Shown: piece after piece, positions 39,744 through 53,100 of the stretch
Layout of the letters: every line of letters starts with the position of its first letter
Numbering within the stretch: the stretch's first letter is position 1
NCBI GenBank assembly: GCA_051362555.1
Contig: CM120642.1
Coordinates: 16,058,001-16,122,000, forward strand
From: Lingula anatina
Lineage: Eukaryota > Animalia > Brachiopoda
DNA length: 64,000 nucleotides
Direction: 5' to 3'
The notes under the pieces: model-generated
Told to the model about the DNA's origin: nothing
Database searches by the model: none
The model's input: only the letters and a program-made list of their open reading frames with translations
Translations under genes and position numbers: made by a program

Positions 39744-39813
39744 ATGTCACACGTAGCTCTGAAAAATAAATCATGTCATACCATAGTTTATTTTTCAGAG
39801 CTACATGTGACAT
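39744..39813. repeat. 70-nt hairpin (27-bp arms, one mismatch, 16-nt loop)
   Basis: atgtcacacgtagctctgaaaaataaa / tttatttttcagagctacatgtgacat. Confidence 0.9.
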
Positions 39814-42800
39814 CTTTGAAATCTTTGAAATTCAATTTGATTATGGTTTTGGAGACAATGTATTGGTCAATTTAATTTCCTTGGCTTTATCTGTTCACTG
39901 AAACATCGGGTAGTTTCTAAAGAAATGTCTTTTTGGGCACCATGCATGAATCGGTGTTCACGTGTAGACGAAAGGGGGGAGGCGCCTATTACCAACCAGC
40001 AAGAGTGGTGGGATAAACAGCTCATAAGTATTAGTTCAATAAGTAGCTAAGCAGAGGCAGAACATCGCTGTTGGTATTTATCTGCGAAGCGCTTCCGTCA
40101 TTATACTAACAATCGGCGAGTTTAAAATCGATAACAAGTCTTTTTCTTCAGTAACTTAACCTATAAATATATGGGAAGCAAAAAGTTACACTGAACAGAA
40201 ATGTCTTTCGTGCAACAAATACCTCTTTTTCTAAGCAAAGTGAAGTCTAGAATCCATTACCAAAATGGCTTCCTGCTGCACGGTTACCTACTCACTGCCA
40301 TTAATTGTACCAGTTCAGTGACTTTTGTCCCTTGGGAAATCTTGGTGCAGGGTATGGTACAAAATGGGCTCTTTGATTTTGTTATGTAAAAGACAAAAAG
40401 AGCATGCGAGGACAGAGACGTAGGTTATCTGTGCGGCTATGAGAGATGATAGACATAATCGGCATCGGATTTAAAATCAGTCACACGTGGTTTTAGAACG
40501 ACATTTTGGGTCTTAGAAAGAAATTTGGGAAGAATAAATGGTGTAAAATAATCTTCATAACGATTTTGATCTCAGTTTTGATGCTCAGCGAAGAAAAAAA
40601 TTAATCTTATAAGTAATCCTGAGAATAAAAAAGATTTTGGTCGCATTTCCTATACTCAGCGGCGATACGTTTTAACCTTATTACTCATTCAAAGCGTTAT
40701 GTAGAACGAGTTTTCGAGATTGCTTTTGGATCTTTATGACTACGATCAAAATAGCCTACCGGCTCTTAGAACTTGATGTCCTTCTTTACAACTGATGCAG
40801 CGGATATGCCTCAAATATTTAAGTCTGATGATAAGTGTTCGATCATAGAACTTCTTTTTTATTTACTTAATCTCTCTTCTCCTTCTGAAAATGTAGATTT
40901 AACAACACATTACGTAACGTTATTGGCAATATTGTGAATAAAATAACACGTTGATAAAAAACGCATTAATTTAAAAATGTTATGTTTGAAAGCGTCTATA
41001 AGGTTACTCGGTGTAAAGTCAAGACGTGTGGTCACTTTTAAGAAACAATTACCTATAATAAACATATAGGCCCACATGTGCATACAGTTCAACCACGGTT
41101 GTCATATCTTCTTTGGCGTGATTTTGCTCCTGGTCGCTCTTGGTTATCTATATTTGTTATAGTTATCTGTCAGGTTCTTGAGCTAATTTGATTTACATCG
41201 TACATGTACAAACAAGCTGTCGGAGATAGCGTTCAGTGAACAGTAAATCTTGACAGAGCAGGTACCTATAAGATGCAGATGAAGAAGTTGGCACACATCC
41301 AATATGGTGGTCAAGATACGAAAAATAAGTTTGCAATGAAAAATATTTTGATATTGATTGAAAACCCTTTCAATAATTGCTTCTGCTATTTGGTGTTTTA
41401 AAAAATGGCAGGACATCACAGTCAACGACATCAGAGAAGGATGGAAGTAAAAATAAAAGGAAGAAAAGGAGCGGGGAAGGAAGGAGGGGGAAAGAGGAAG
41501 AAAGTAACAATTCAATAATGTAGTATCTAAGAAACAACAGTTAACACCATCAATATTGATGTTCAACTGTTAATTGTGAAATAAAGATTACATCTCACAG
41601 AAAACGGTCTTCAGATTACCAAGAATGATGACATAAACACGTTGCACAGCGCTGAAAGGAATTTCGATCTTAAGTGTAATTATTGCTGCCCCTAGGTGTA
41701 AACTGTTATGTGAAAGCTGCCAACATGTGGGCAAGATTACCTAATGTCGCTGCATGGTAAATAACCATCTCTGTTCTCTGGGAATTGCAAACTGCTCGAT
41801 GGTGTGAGGATATACTTGGGGCCCATTCACACGTGCGACAATTTGGATCGCGTCTACCCCACTATTATCGTTCTAATTCTGTTTTCTTTCCTGTTTGAAT
41901 GTAGGTCAGTCACCCTGCATTAGTAAGTTGGCTTCCTAGCACAGCACTCAGACTAGAGAGCTTCGAGCTAGGGGAACCTAGTAAATCTTACTACAACGAG
42001 GGCCCATGGGCTGTCTGCTACCTGGAGAGTGAAAAAAAATTAACATGAAACGTATTCAATAAAGAGATCAGGTGTAAATGGCAAATGCGGTTAACGGGTC
42101 TTGCGAAGGTCTTTTTATCCAAATACCAACATCTTTACCTCAGTTCTTCGCCCGCGTTTAAACTCCCTGGTGCCAAGAAATATAAAACAGACTATTTACA
42201 ACAACTTTGTCGTTTTATATGTGTGTATATACTTATTGTCTATGAATTTAGAATCCTTATATTGAACCGATGAGTTTGGCTTTGGTGGGCGTGTGTTCTC
42301 ATATAAAAACCTATTCAGGTAGAACAGATATCTCACAGAGCTCACCGCTATGCTCCGTAATTTGTATACAAGGGCAAGAACAAAGTGCTCACACATGAAT
42401 ATTCTCGAGAGCAACAGGGATTGTTTTGAATGCTGAATGGGAATCTTTCTATTTTGGCCAACCTTGACCAACCGGTCGATTCACCCTGGATGTACTTAAG
42501 TTCCTTTAGACTTTATTGATGCATTTCTTAATACGTCTCGATAGAAATCTATGTGGACATATGTTTGTACACTAGATAGCCTTGCACTGTATGGATATCA
42601 GGGCATGTGTCCGTCTAATTAATTCTTTAGGGTACGATTACTAGCTCGGGTCAGATACCTTGGGACCTTAAGAATGTGAGCCTCCCTTTTTGGGAGATTT
42701 TGCGTCCTTTCTAATCTACAGCATTTCAATCATGGTTAATGACTTTGACTACTTCTCGCTTCGGTTTTCAATTTTAATTCAGCACCGAGCTTGAACTCAT

Positions 42801-44220
42801 CCAGTAGCAATATATCATAAGTGAATTTCAATTTGCATCTGAAAAAGGTGATTCAAAAACCGGTGGCCTTTGATAATGAATAAGTAATGTAGAATCATTT
42901 GTTTCTGATGAATCTGCATCTGTCCAAACTATTACGTTGTAGGTACTTATGTAAAGCTGCACCGATTCCAACTGAATATTACTGTGTCAAATGTCAATCT
43001 CCTTGACGCATGACATTTAACAAGGAGTGGCTTTTGTCGTCCCAATGAGGTAAACAGACAACAAACATTCCATTGATGTCTATGAGAGCAACGTACACCA
43101 AAGCCATCATCATAACACATTCCAATACAAATATCTTTGTGTAATATGCACTCTTTCAAATTTTACAATCAAACTGCCGGTGGACATACATGTATTAACT
43201 CTCTACACTTTGCTCACTGACAGCCATACATGTTGTCAGTCTGTAGTCGCTACTTTGACAGGAAATAGTGGAAGGGACGTAAACAGACTACAACATTCAG
43301 ATTTAGGGGTGCCTGTGCTATGTGGCAGACCGCTAACGTTTATTAATAAAACCATTGCAGGCCAAAACTGGTACGGCTATGAACGCTATCTGTGGTGCGC
43401 CTTTGGCGTAGACCCACTGAAAGTGTTTGTTACCGTGCAGAAACCTAAGAACGACTTCTACGCCCCTTCCAACGAACTTTTTGCATGTAGGCGAACCCCA
43501 AGTATAACAGAAATGGTCTTATTGTGTGCCATTGTAAACCCCCATTGGGTCGGAGCATATTGAAGGTTCTTGTTCAGGAATTGCGAGCACGGTATGTAAA
43601 TCAATAAAATTTTGTAAAATATGCATGTTGAAACAGGAAAGAAAATCATTTTAACTCAATTTATGATGGGGATTTTACTTTTACCTTATTAGGCTTGTTA
43701 AGGCCCTAAAATTTGGCAAACGCTGAATTTTGTAGTGCAAATGCCTGACTTGGCAGGAATGTTCCTTGGGCCAAAAGAAAAAAAATTATTCATAGAGACA
43801 ATCTTTATCGATGCATTAATTAGCATAATTAACATAAATTATGCAAATTAGGTACCAAAATATAATATTTCCATCAGTTTTTGCCTATAAGCATGTGGAA
43901 CTGGACGTTACACATATACACGAAATTGCATGAAAGAATAATAAATTAATGAAAGAATATGCAAACTATGCAAAAAGAAATTAGAATATGGAGAGCCATT
44001 TCTTACTTCGGTGCACTGCTTGTATGAGGAAAAATGTGAATTTAATGCTAGTTTGATATCCAAACATATGATTTAAATGAAATTTCTTTAGAAGCTTTTA
44101 TGAAAAAAAATCCGGCAATTAGCAAAATTTCTTGTTAAGATTTTTGCTCTAAGACAAAAAAAAATTGTATGCAACAGGTCTCGTATAAGCCCGAATGACT
44201 GGGTGTTCTGTGCTTATGAC

Positions 44221-44251
44221 AAATAAATAAATAAATAAATAAATAAATAAA
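44221..44251. repeat. (AAAT)n microsatellite
   Basis: Directly visible. Confidence 0.9.
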
Positions 44252-47200
44252 TGTATAGGTATGTAAGGCAACTTAAAAATTGATGACACCTTCAGCTTTG
44301 AACCGAAAACTGAAACTTGTTTTCAAACTCTAAGTACATCAATGTACATCTGTGTTCAATTTTAATTCTAAATCCTTTTAAATTCAAGCTGTTCTCTGGA
44401 TATCAGATGACAGATTTTATTAATTTTTATAAAACAATAACGGTAAAGGAAGAATATGGGCATCTGCGAGACATTGATCAATAACTGCCTCTTGTTGGGC
44501 TACTCTCTAACAGAGGCTAGCTGAGTGATGACGTCAACTCTATTCTAAAGTTTTTACAGTACTTATAAAAAACTAATGGTGTTAGCCAGAGAAATATCTG
44601 TGAATATCCAGTGAAAAAAAACTGTGACTCTGGTAGAGGGAAGCTGCTTGATATGCTGAGCGTAATAATTTTTTCTTCTGAATATTTGAAAACGTGGGAA
44701 GAGAGAGCGTACAAGTTCCACATCAGGGAATAAAGACTGCCGCTGGATAGTCTGAAATAAGTCACAAGGGCACAAAATCCCGTATATTTTTCACGTCTTC
44801 GTCGTCTAATCAGCTTTCAGCACAAGGATATTTCGCATTATGATGACGCTCAACCAGGATGGAAACATACGAGCGTGCAGCAAGTGATCAATTCAGTGCC
44901 TTCCCTGGTGTGCTCGGCCAAGCTTGAGGTTATCTCATTCCATGCAACACACGCACACTGTCTGCACAAGCTAAATAGCACCGATATAGTACAGAACCGC
45001 GTCCCTATGGATGACGTCCCTGTGGACTGAGTGACAAACTTTTGGGGAAGGGATGGGGTATGCGTTGTTTCGAGGGATTTCGTATTCTTTCCTGGTCTCT
45101 TTGCCACACGTCAATCGTACACCTTTCCTTCATTTATGACACTTTTTCTAAACACTTTTTTAGATCAATAATAATGTCTGTGTTGAACGGTCTGAACGAA
45201 GCCCACCGCCAGCTCACGCTAAAAGTCTTTAAGTGAAGTCACGTTGCGTAATCTCGACTTTCCGACTTTATTCCTGAGCAAATACAGTGTAATCGCAACA
45301 ATATCAAATACTGCTAATCGATCACAAAATGGGCCTCTTTTAACGCACACAATGCCCGTTCTTTGCGGTATTGCAAAATCAATTACAGCACTTAATTTCT
45401 TTCAAATTCAAATTGGAATAGTTCACCAGTGCCTCTTGAGCCACATGCAGATTTATCTGACTTCAATTTCAGAAAATCCTTAGAATAGATAATGAAGAAA
45501 TCGACGTTTGCCAGTCGATATTCAACATGTCAGATTTCAGGCCAGTTCAGTTGTCCAATGTAGACCTTCCACGAAAAAATGATAAATGAATTAAGTTAGT
45601 TCTACGTCAAACTCTGGCCGAGCAGTTAATCCTGGATCATATTCTGTAAAATCAAACTTGGAAGATAAATTTGAGCTCGCAATCAATGTTATTCATGGTA
45701 TGTCGTACGTCTTACAGCAGTCGTGCTTTGGATAATAAAACAACGCGTTTGCCAACTTCGAAGCCTTTTTCCCAGAAAAGATAATATGTAATTTCCTCGT
45801 TTCAAATTTAAACAAATCCTCTTCTATTACACCAAATTACCATGCGCATGGAAAATGCACGCAGTGACCCTAAACGCCAACGTACACGTTAGGGGTCGTC
45901 AAGTGTGTGTCCAGTTGATGTAAAGGATTTCACACTGACCCAACCATGCGTCAAGGCGGAGCGGACGCAGCAGTACTTGAAAGGTTCCCAGTGCACTTAC
46001 TTCATTCGAGTGGGTGATGCACTTTTAACTGGAGATCGGAACTTCAAAAGCCTTCTGCCTTTTTAGGTAGGAAAACAGTAGTTTATTGGCTATTTTTGAT
46101 GACCTCTAAGAGAAAAAAACGTATTGTAATTTCCACGCATGTCATGACTGTTTTATAGACAGTGCAGTAAAGCAGACCGAATTCAATTTTTGCGTGTTTG
46201 GGCATTGTATTGTAATCTCTGCTGGCTATCAAAATCAAGCCAAACTGAATGTAGGGCCTATATGTATAATGGTTACTGGACGCTTTAATATTTTTTTCAC
46301 AGAACGCATGCGTTATTTTTTCACTACACACATCTGTATGTACATGTACAAACACCAAGAATTTTTCTGCGGTTAACTATTTTATACCGTTAAAAAACTG
46401 CATCCCTCCATGAAATAATCATCACAAAGTCTCCTTAATTAGAGAAATAGCTTTGGTGTACTATTTATTAAAAATTGGATGTATGGACATTGTATCAACA
46501 CCCTCCGAATACCTACTACAGCCAGCGAAGTTTTCATCTAATTGTGTTAGAGCTGCCGTCCGGAACAATCACACCCTAGTAAACACAATCCAGCACGGAT
46601 TGCCATTTTGCGCAATTCTTGAAATTGTGACAAAATATTATTATATATGGAAATAAAAAGTAAGAAGGAAAACATGCCAAGAGAACCGAAGCCATATTAC
46701 ATTAGGTGTTGAACTGTAATAATAGTCCGAAATTCTTATTTGCTAAATGTACGCAGCAGTGATACAGGCTTAATTATTTCTTCACTGACCTTCTGGAGGG
46801 AAATTTATACAAAAAGTGTTGAATAGTATTACGAATTTTGTAAATGTAGCACAGTACATGTATAGTAGGTCTAATTAACACCCTTATAATTCCTTTGTAA
46901 AATCCACTGAAATCTTAAAGTCTCTAGCTCACCCTTTTGCTATGTTGAAGGTCAATGACATGGCACTATGTTCAATCCCTTGGCATTTCGAAATATTACA
47001 ATAATTTTCAAGGCCAGCTTGTGTTCTTTGTGTTTACGCTGTCGTTCAATACACTGGTCACTAAAAGAGAAAATTGACCCTGAGATAATTCGATCCAGAC
47101 CCATATGGTGCGCACTGCTAGTAGACCTTGACCTAGACAAAAGTTTGCAGACGGGTGCGCATCTCACCGCTTTCCCCAAAACAACTTTATTTTGAGCTCC

Positions 47201-47651
47201 TTGCAACTGCGCCATTTCACGTCTCGTTAACGAGGTATTTTGGCCAAAGTGGGTTTGATCAAGGACGCAAATGGATTTGGTCCAACGTTGAATATCCCCA
47301 AGGCGTTCTGAGTTTGCACAAAGGCAACTCGTAGTGCAGGTACAGGACCCACTTAACAAATATTCCAAAGGCTTGAGGTCTATTTTTTTTACTTGCGCGT
47401 TTCAACCACTTAAGATGTTAAATTAACTGATTGTGAAGGGTACCGCAATTGTCCAGAAAGTAATGATAACCCATTCCCTCTAACCAGGCTCCGTTTTAAG
47501 GATATTAGGCAGAATATGTAGTTTTACATAATTTTTATATATAAGACATAATAAGTTATATTATAACCATTCAATTGTGAATAATCTACCCCCTGCTATT
47601 AGAATGAAAAAAAAGACAAACACTAGTCATCAGGCAGACATGGCGTGGCAC

Positions 47652-47657
47652 TTTATT
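47652..47657 (-). terminator. Candidate globin polyadenylation signal (alternative at 47908-47913)
   Basis: AATAAA on the minus strand ~670 nt after the stop codon. Confidence 0.4.
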
Positions 47658-48324
47658 TCGGTTCACGTAAAATATAAAAATATATATAGAATAAAATATT
47701 TGTTATATATTTAATTGCTATTTATATAACTAATATATCTTCCATTTGCCATGGACCAGACACAATCTTGAGCGTATAAAAACAGACGCAGCTTTGGTAG
47801 CCAATCACAGAGAACAACACAAAAGCATGTCACTCCCCTGTGGCTAAATGAAATACGCTAAGACATGTCTAATCCACGCCAAATAGAAACAAGAACAACA
47901 ACAGTCTTTTATTCTCAAAGTGTGGCCACTTTTGCACTGGATTCTAGTTAACATAGCTCTAGAGCAGAACTGCGTTGTACGATAGCAACATTTAAAGTGG
48001 GCAGGCTTTGAAAATATTCTTCCGATCTTCCACTTTTCTCTTCACATAGGCATGAGCCAATTTTCTGCAAAGATGCTCCGGAGAAATTCGTGTCTCAAAA
48101 ACTGTGAAAATACCTGACATATAACACATCTAAAACTTTAGCACTCACTTTGTTTCATTTCATTTTTCATTTGGTACAGAATTCAGATAACAAAACCATT
48201 GTATATCACTTGGTAATTATCCGTTATTTGCAGCTATACTTTCTGCTTTTTGATATCAAAAACACTACTGTTCCAACTAAGAGTTTTTCTCTGGGGCATC
48301 TTTGGCTTTCCGGTTGGTTCCAGT

Positions 48325-50003
48325 CTATCTTTTCCCGCCATAAGTGGCCTGGCCCTCCCTCATTCTGGCCACGATCCATGTGTAGAGCGTGTCCCACAAT
48401 TGGTCGTGTTGCTTAGTCCAGTTCCCGATGTGAGCTTTCATCAGTTCCCGCATGGCTACGCCCAGATGCTGAAAGGAAAATATGAAATTCAGTCGGGATA
48501 TCTGTGAAATCTGTGAAATTTTCGGTGTCATCACGGCCAAAGGTGAGCGGAAGAGATCTCAAGCATTTACTCTTTTGAAGGAAATTGAATTATTCTAAAT
48601 GTTAATTAGAACGCTTTTTCCTGATTATTGCCTTTCAAAGAAAATAATATTTATTAACATTCAATTTGGTTTGAAAACATCGTTTTGAGTACTTCTTTTT
48701 CTGATTTTTAACATCTGCAAAATAGATATAATCATGCCCAGAAAACGAAGAATGCCCAAGACGTCAGTCTTGAATAAACCAGCAGGCGACAGACGGAAAA
48801 CAAAGGAAAAAACCTACGGGAAAATAGTCTGTTGGAACATTGTAACCGCTGGTCCCGTGGCGACCGCCAAGACGCCTGAGAACCGGAGCCATGTCTTCCA
48901 GGGACTCCAGATTCTCCACCACCTTGGTGATGTACTTAACGACCCTGGTCACGTGGAAGATGATCCTGGTACTGTTCTGCATCTGCGCTGCTGAGCTACC
49001 GCGAGCGAACTCGAACACGGACTGGGTCTTGGGTTGCATGCTGAACATTCTGTAATACAGAAATACAAAAAAAAAATGATAACTAGAAAACAGTATATAT
49101 ATCTATAAGTCGTTTGTAAACGTTTATAGTTATATAACGAAAAAGAAGTTTTTCGATGAATCAATTTTACTTCCATTTTTTTCTAACACGTCAGAAGCAA
49201 AGAAGGGCGTGGTCATCACGGCGATCCCGTATCAATGCACTTATACACAGTGTCTCTTCTACTAAATATTGAAATGCGAGGAGGGAAGGGTTAAGCAAAA
49301 TTTAGTTTAGTCAGACGTTAAGGGTTTTTCTGCAATCATTCTAATCTTTGCACAAGAAAAGGAAAAAGCTCGACAGACATGCACATGCACTTCTCAGAGC
49401 GTCACCAAATTAACAAGACACTTCATAACTTGACACCTTATCATACCTTTAGAAAAAAATGAAATATTTCAACGATTCAGACTACATGTATTGGTCACTT
49501 TAGCGACAATGTGCAGCGTTTCACTTACTTTAAGAACATCTGCATCCCCCTGTTGGACGGGTCTCCAGCCACGAACGCGTTCCAGCTCAGTTTGATCATC
49601 ATACGCTGATTGGCGTCCAGCGACAGATGAATGCTCTTGTCCTTGACATAGCGCACGCGCTCATACAGCCTGGAAGTATGGGGGAGAGAGATTGTGTCTT
49701 TTTATCAATCTGTTAACAAAAATACGGATTGGTTTTGTTAAATCGGCAGTATCTAGTATAAGAAAAGAAAATTAATTTTTCAAATATCTTAGGTAAATAG
49801 AACTTACTGAAGCAGCATGTTGTCGCAAACTTCGTCGTAGTTTGTCTGAAATGTGAAATAAAGATAAGTGGAAACCCTTACCCAACAATCTTTCAAACTT
49901 GCAAAAACCCTCGTGTAAAATTAGTTCTTAATGCAAAATACTAGATATACGACTTTATTATCGAAAGCCTAGGTTTTTTGTCAATCTAAAAACTTACAGA
50001 CAT
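48325..50003 (-). CDS. Single-domain globin (intracellular Hb/Mb-like), 186 aa, 5 coding exons
   Basis: Minus-strand exons 50003-49998, 49845-49808, 49669-49529, 49049-48818 and 48468-48325, all GT-AG and frame-consistent (561 nt). Protein MSTNYDEVCDNMLLQLYERVRYVKDKSIHLSLDANQRMMIKLSWNAFVAGDPSNRGMQMFLKMFSMQPKTQSVFEF...IIFHVTRVV...LRRLGGRHGTSGYNVPTDYFPHLG...LWDTLY...GGKR. It has Trp A12, Phe B10, Pro C2, Phe CD1, His E7, His F8 and Phe G5, with introns at B12.2 and G7.0. Confidence 0.9.
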
Positions 50004-50059
50004 CTTGCTGTATTAACTTTAACTCAGCTTTGCGGAGAGTTTCGGTGACTTTTCCTGAA

Positions 50060-50146
50060 CCAACTGGAAATGTAGCGTCTGGTGGCTTTGTCTTGGTATT
50101 TATACTTCATGGCCACGCCCCCATTGCAAGGTGTCCATCAGCCAAT
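50060..50146 (-). promoter_or_regulatory. Globin core promoter (TATA, GC/KLF box, CCAAT)
   Basis: Minus-strand TATAAATA at 50104-50097, ~95 nt upstream of the ATG, with Inr-like CCAGTT ~30 nt downstream. CCACGCCCCC at 50113-50122 and CCAAT at 50142-50146. Confidence 0.6.
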
Positions 50147-53100
50147 AAAAATGAAGGCATGAGAGAGAAATGCCTAGGCCTTAGTGACAGCCTTCGTGCT
50201 TCGATGCTAAAAACCAGAAGAAACCTTGTGATACGTAATACAAGTGTATTGCATTATTTCCTATTATTTCCTGACAAAGGGACCCTGGTGTATATAAAGG
50301 CCGTTAAACTGGAAACCCTGGTATTTGTTAGACAGCCGAAACAACCCCTCTTCCAAGACATTGACTACCTACGACCACGTAATCATAATTGCAGCATCTT
50401 CCGAGCCCGTGGTCCGTGTGATGGCTGGTGTGGTCCAGCGAGATGCATCTTGTTGCGATTAACCAGGCATGATAAAGTTGTTTATTTCATATCCGTAGAC
50501 ACTTTGGCACTTTTTGCTTGAGACCCTCGAGTTCTTACAAATACTTGTATACACACTTCTGCGTTGATTTGTGCCTTCAAAGCTTCCTATTGATACAATG
50601 GAAACCCCGAGGTTAAATCTCAAATGCTGGTTACACCTTACCCAAATGATACAATTAGTTTGCTTGAAGGAAGCAGTGTTACTGGGAGTGAACATGGGAA
50701 AACGTGTAAATGTACACTTTCGTGACTTTGTTTGGCCATAAATCAGAAAATTTAAGTCACAATCCCATACCTACCTTAAATTGGTTGGGACTTACTAGTG
50801 CTAGGTTAAGGAAACTAGGAAAAGTCGAATAAAACATTTGAGCCATTTTCTGTATCAGATCTCATTAATTATCTGGTTGGCGTTTGGAACTGCACATTTG
50901 CTGTGGTAACTTTTATTTTTAAACAATGCCAGACACTATACAAGCACAACCTACATAATAAAATGTCATCTTTCAGATTGTATTTCTTCGTGAATTACAT
51001 TGTATATAACATTGTTGTATTACGTACGGTATTACGTATGATGTAGCGTAAAGAAATTACTGTGGTAAACAGACATACTATCCTACATTGCACCATTACA
51101 CACTCAGCAACCCATAAAAACTTCGTTCTTTCTTATAGAGAATCCATAATATTCAAGTTGACATCTTAGTAAAAGGAGAGGGTACAAATTAACGTTCCCT
51201 TATAATATATGTCCCTTTGTTGCCGTAGTTTTTTTTTTTTTTTTTTTTCAACATTCACTATATCATGTGCACGGGTGGCAAACTCTTCTGTTTTATTTTG
51301 ATTCTCCGTTTGCCGTTCTTTTTTCGTCTTTCCTTCCTTCTTTCCCTGCCTCGCTCCAATTAATTTTTTTCTTTCGCCCATTCTTTTAATTTAATTTTCT
51401 GTGTGAATAAATGCAATTGTGCTCAATAATTTTCTTTAGTGTAAACTGCAATTTTAATTTTACATTTCTAGACTAGGACCTCTTATAGAAATATCAGTTA
51501 GGATATGACCGTGTCAGCGAGCAACAGGGACAGATCTATAGGGACTTGTAGATAACTATGTAGCCAAGTACCCCGTTTTGCCCAGACACAATCCACGTGA
51601 AACGGGGCCATATATATATATATATATATACACAAGTCATGGATATCAACTCCAGTGTCATTGACGGCGTCATCTTCTTTCGAAATTATACTATGAGAAT
51701 AATAAGACACCACGGGAAACATAACCCAACTATCCATCACGGTATCTGCTCAGCTGATACGGGTCACTTGAGCTGTATGGGACGTTACGTTGAAAAAGAT
51801 GTGTAGAATGAAGTAACAGCATCACTCTTATGTACAATGTAAGACGCGAAAGACTGTCTGGTGATAGATTAAATATAATGAAAGTAAGCTGATGAAAGCA
51901 CGTCAAATAAAAAAAAAAATAGTACAACCCTTTCAAGAGAAAGATGAGCAGATTGTTCAAAGCAGACGCAGCAGAGGCCAAAATAGGTGTGGCTTACGTG
52001 GGAATATCTCTCAAATATGGCAAAAATAAGGAAAAATAATAATAATAACTAAAAACAAATATAAATTAAGATAAATTTATTTTAAAAATTGATAGAAAAC
52101 ACTTACAATACACAAAAGTGGGCTGCTACCGAAAATTGATTTTGGTTTTTGATGGTCACGCGAAACGACATTTAGAAATTTAACCTGTGACATGCGATTT
52201 TAACCTTTTAAAATTCGGACCAAACTCTCACGCCATCTAGAGATAGTATAAAAGCTTGACATGCAATTCCTTATTTCAGTTATTTACGTTATAAATGTAA
52301 ATGGTTATTTTAAATCTCAACTCAATAATCGATTGTAGAGTGATGCGTAATGGTTTTATCATAAATAGGAATTGCATTCAACTGAATGAGATTTTTAACG
52401 ATAAAAACTCTCGAATTAACACGAATTAAGCAAATACGGCTCCTCGCCTCCGAAGCACAGAAGGGAGTATGATGAAGTATGATCTTATATCTTATTTATT
52501 TGCACAAGAAATTCAGGAAAAGTCAGAAGGCATGCAGGTTAAATACTTAGAAGTTGAAAGTTCATTTCACGAGTGAAACATCTGATGCATGTATAGTTTT
52601 TTATCGCCTTAATCCAGTGAGGGCACTTCCAGGGGGTAGCCTACCGGTACATGTGCATTCTGCAAATTCTGCTGAAAAGTTCTTATTGAATTTGCAATAT
52701 TTTCAAGCATTAATATTAAGTCAGATACTCCTGGAAAAGAAATGAGCGCCCGTGCTAGCGAAGGAGGAATGAGTTTTAACAACAATAATCTTGACCATTT
52801 TAAAAATTGTCTACTTTGGAGAGCACAGGGCGTGATTGTACTCCCCCCCCCCCCCCCCCCCCTTGCGTCCGTCCCCTTTTCTTGCTTATCCATCCCATCG
52901 ATTGGTAACATTGGATATAGAATGCCCCACATCACGGCAGGACACAGCAATCACAAAAACTTGACATCAACAAGATGAAATGTATACCATTTCAGCAGTT
53001 TTGATAATGGGGTGATGATAATGGGCCTCCACATCGCCTATTGTGTCTGAATCTGTCTGAATGACGGACTGACGGCCATGATTACCTGTGTACAGCAATT

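Noticed and set aside
41137-41150. Partial match to miR-9 (tcttggttatcta)
   Set aside because: Seed is one T short, the 3' half diverges and there is no complementary star arm.
43180-43563. 127-aa ORF in a GC-richer patch with a nearby donor-like site
   Set aside because: No recognisable homology or partner exons. Cannot be supported without RNA-seq or BLAST.
43690-43990. Cluster of ATGCAAA(T) octamer-like motifs
   Set aside because: AT-rich and repeat-like. More likely a decayed interspersed repeat than a POU enhancer; boundaries could not be defined.
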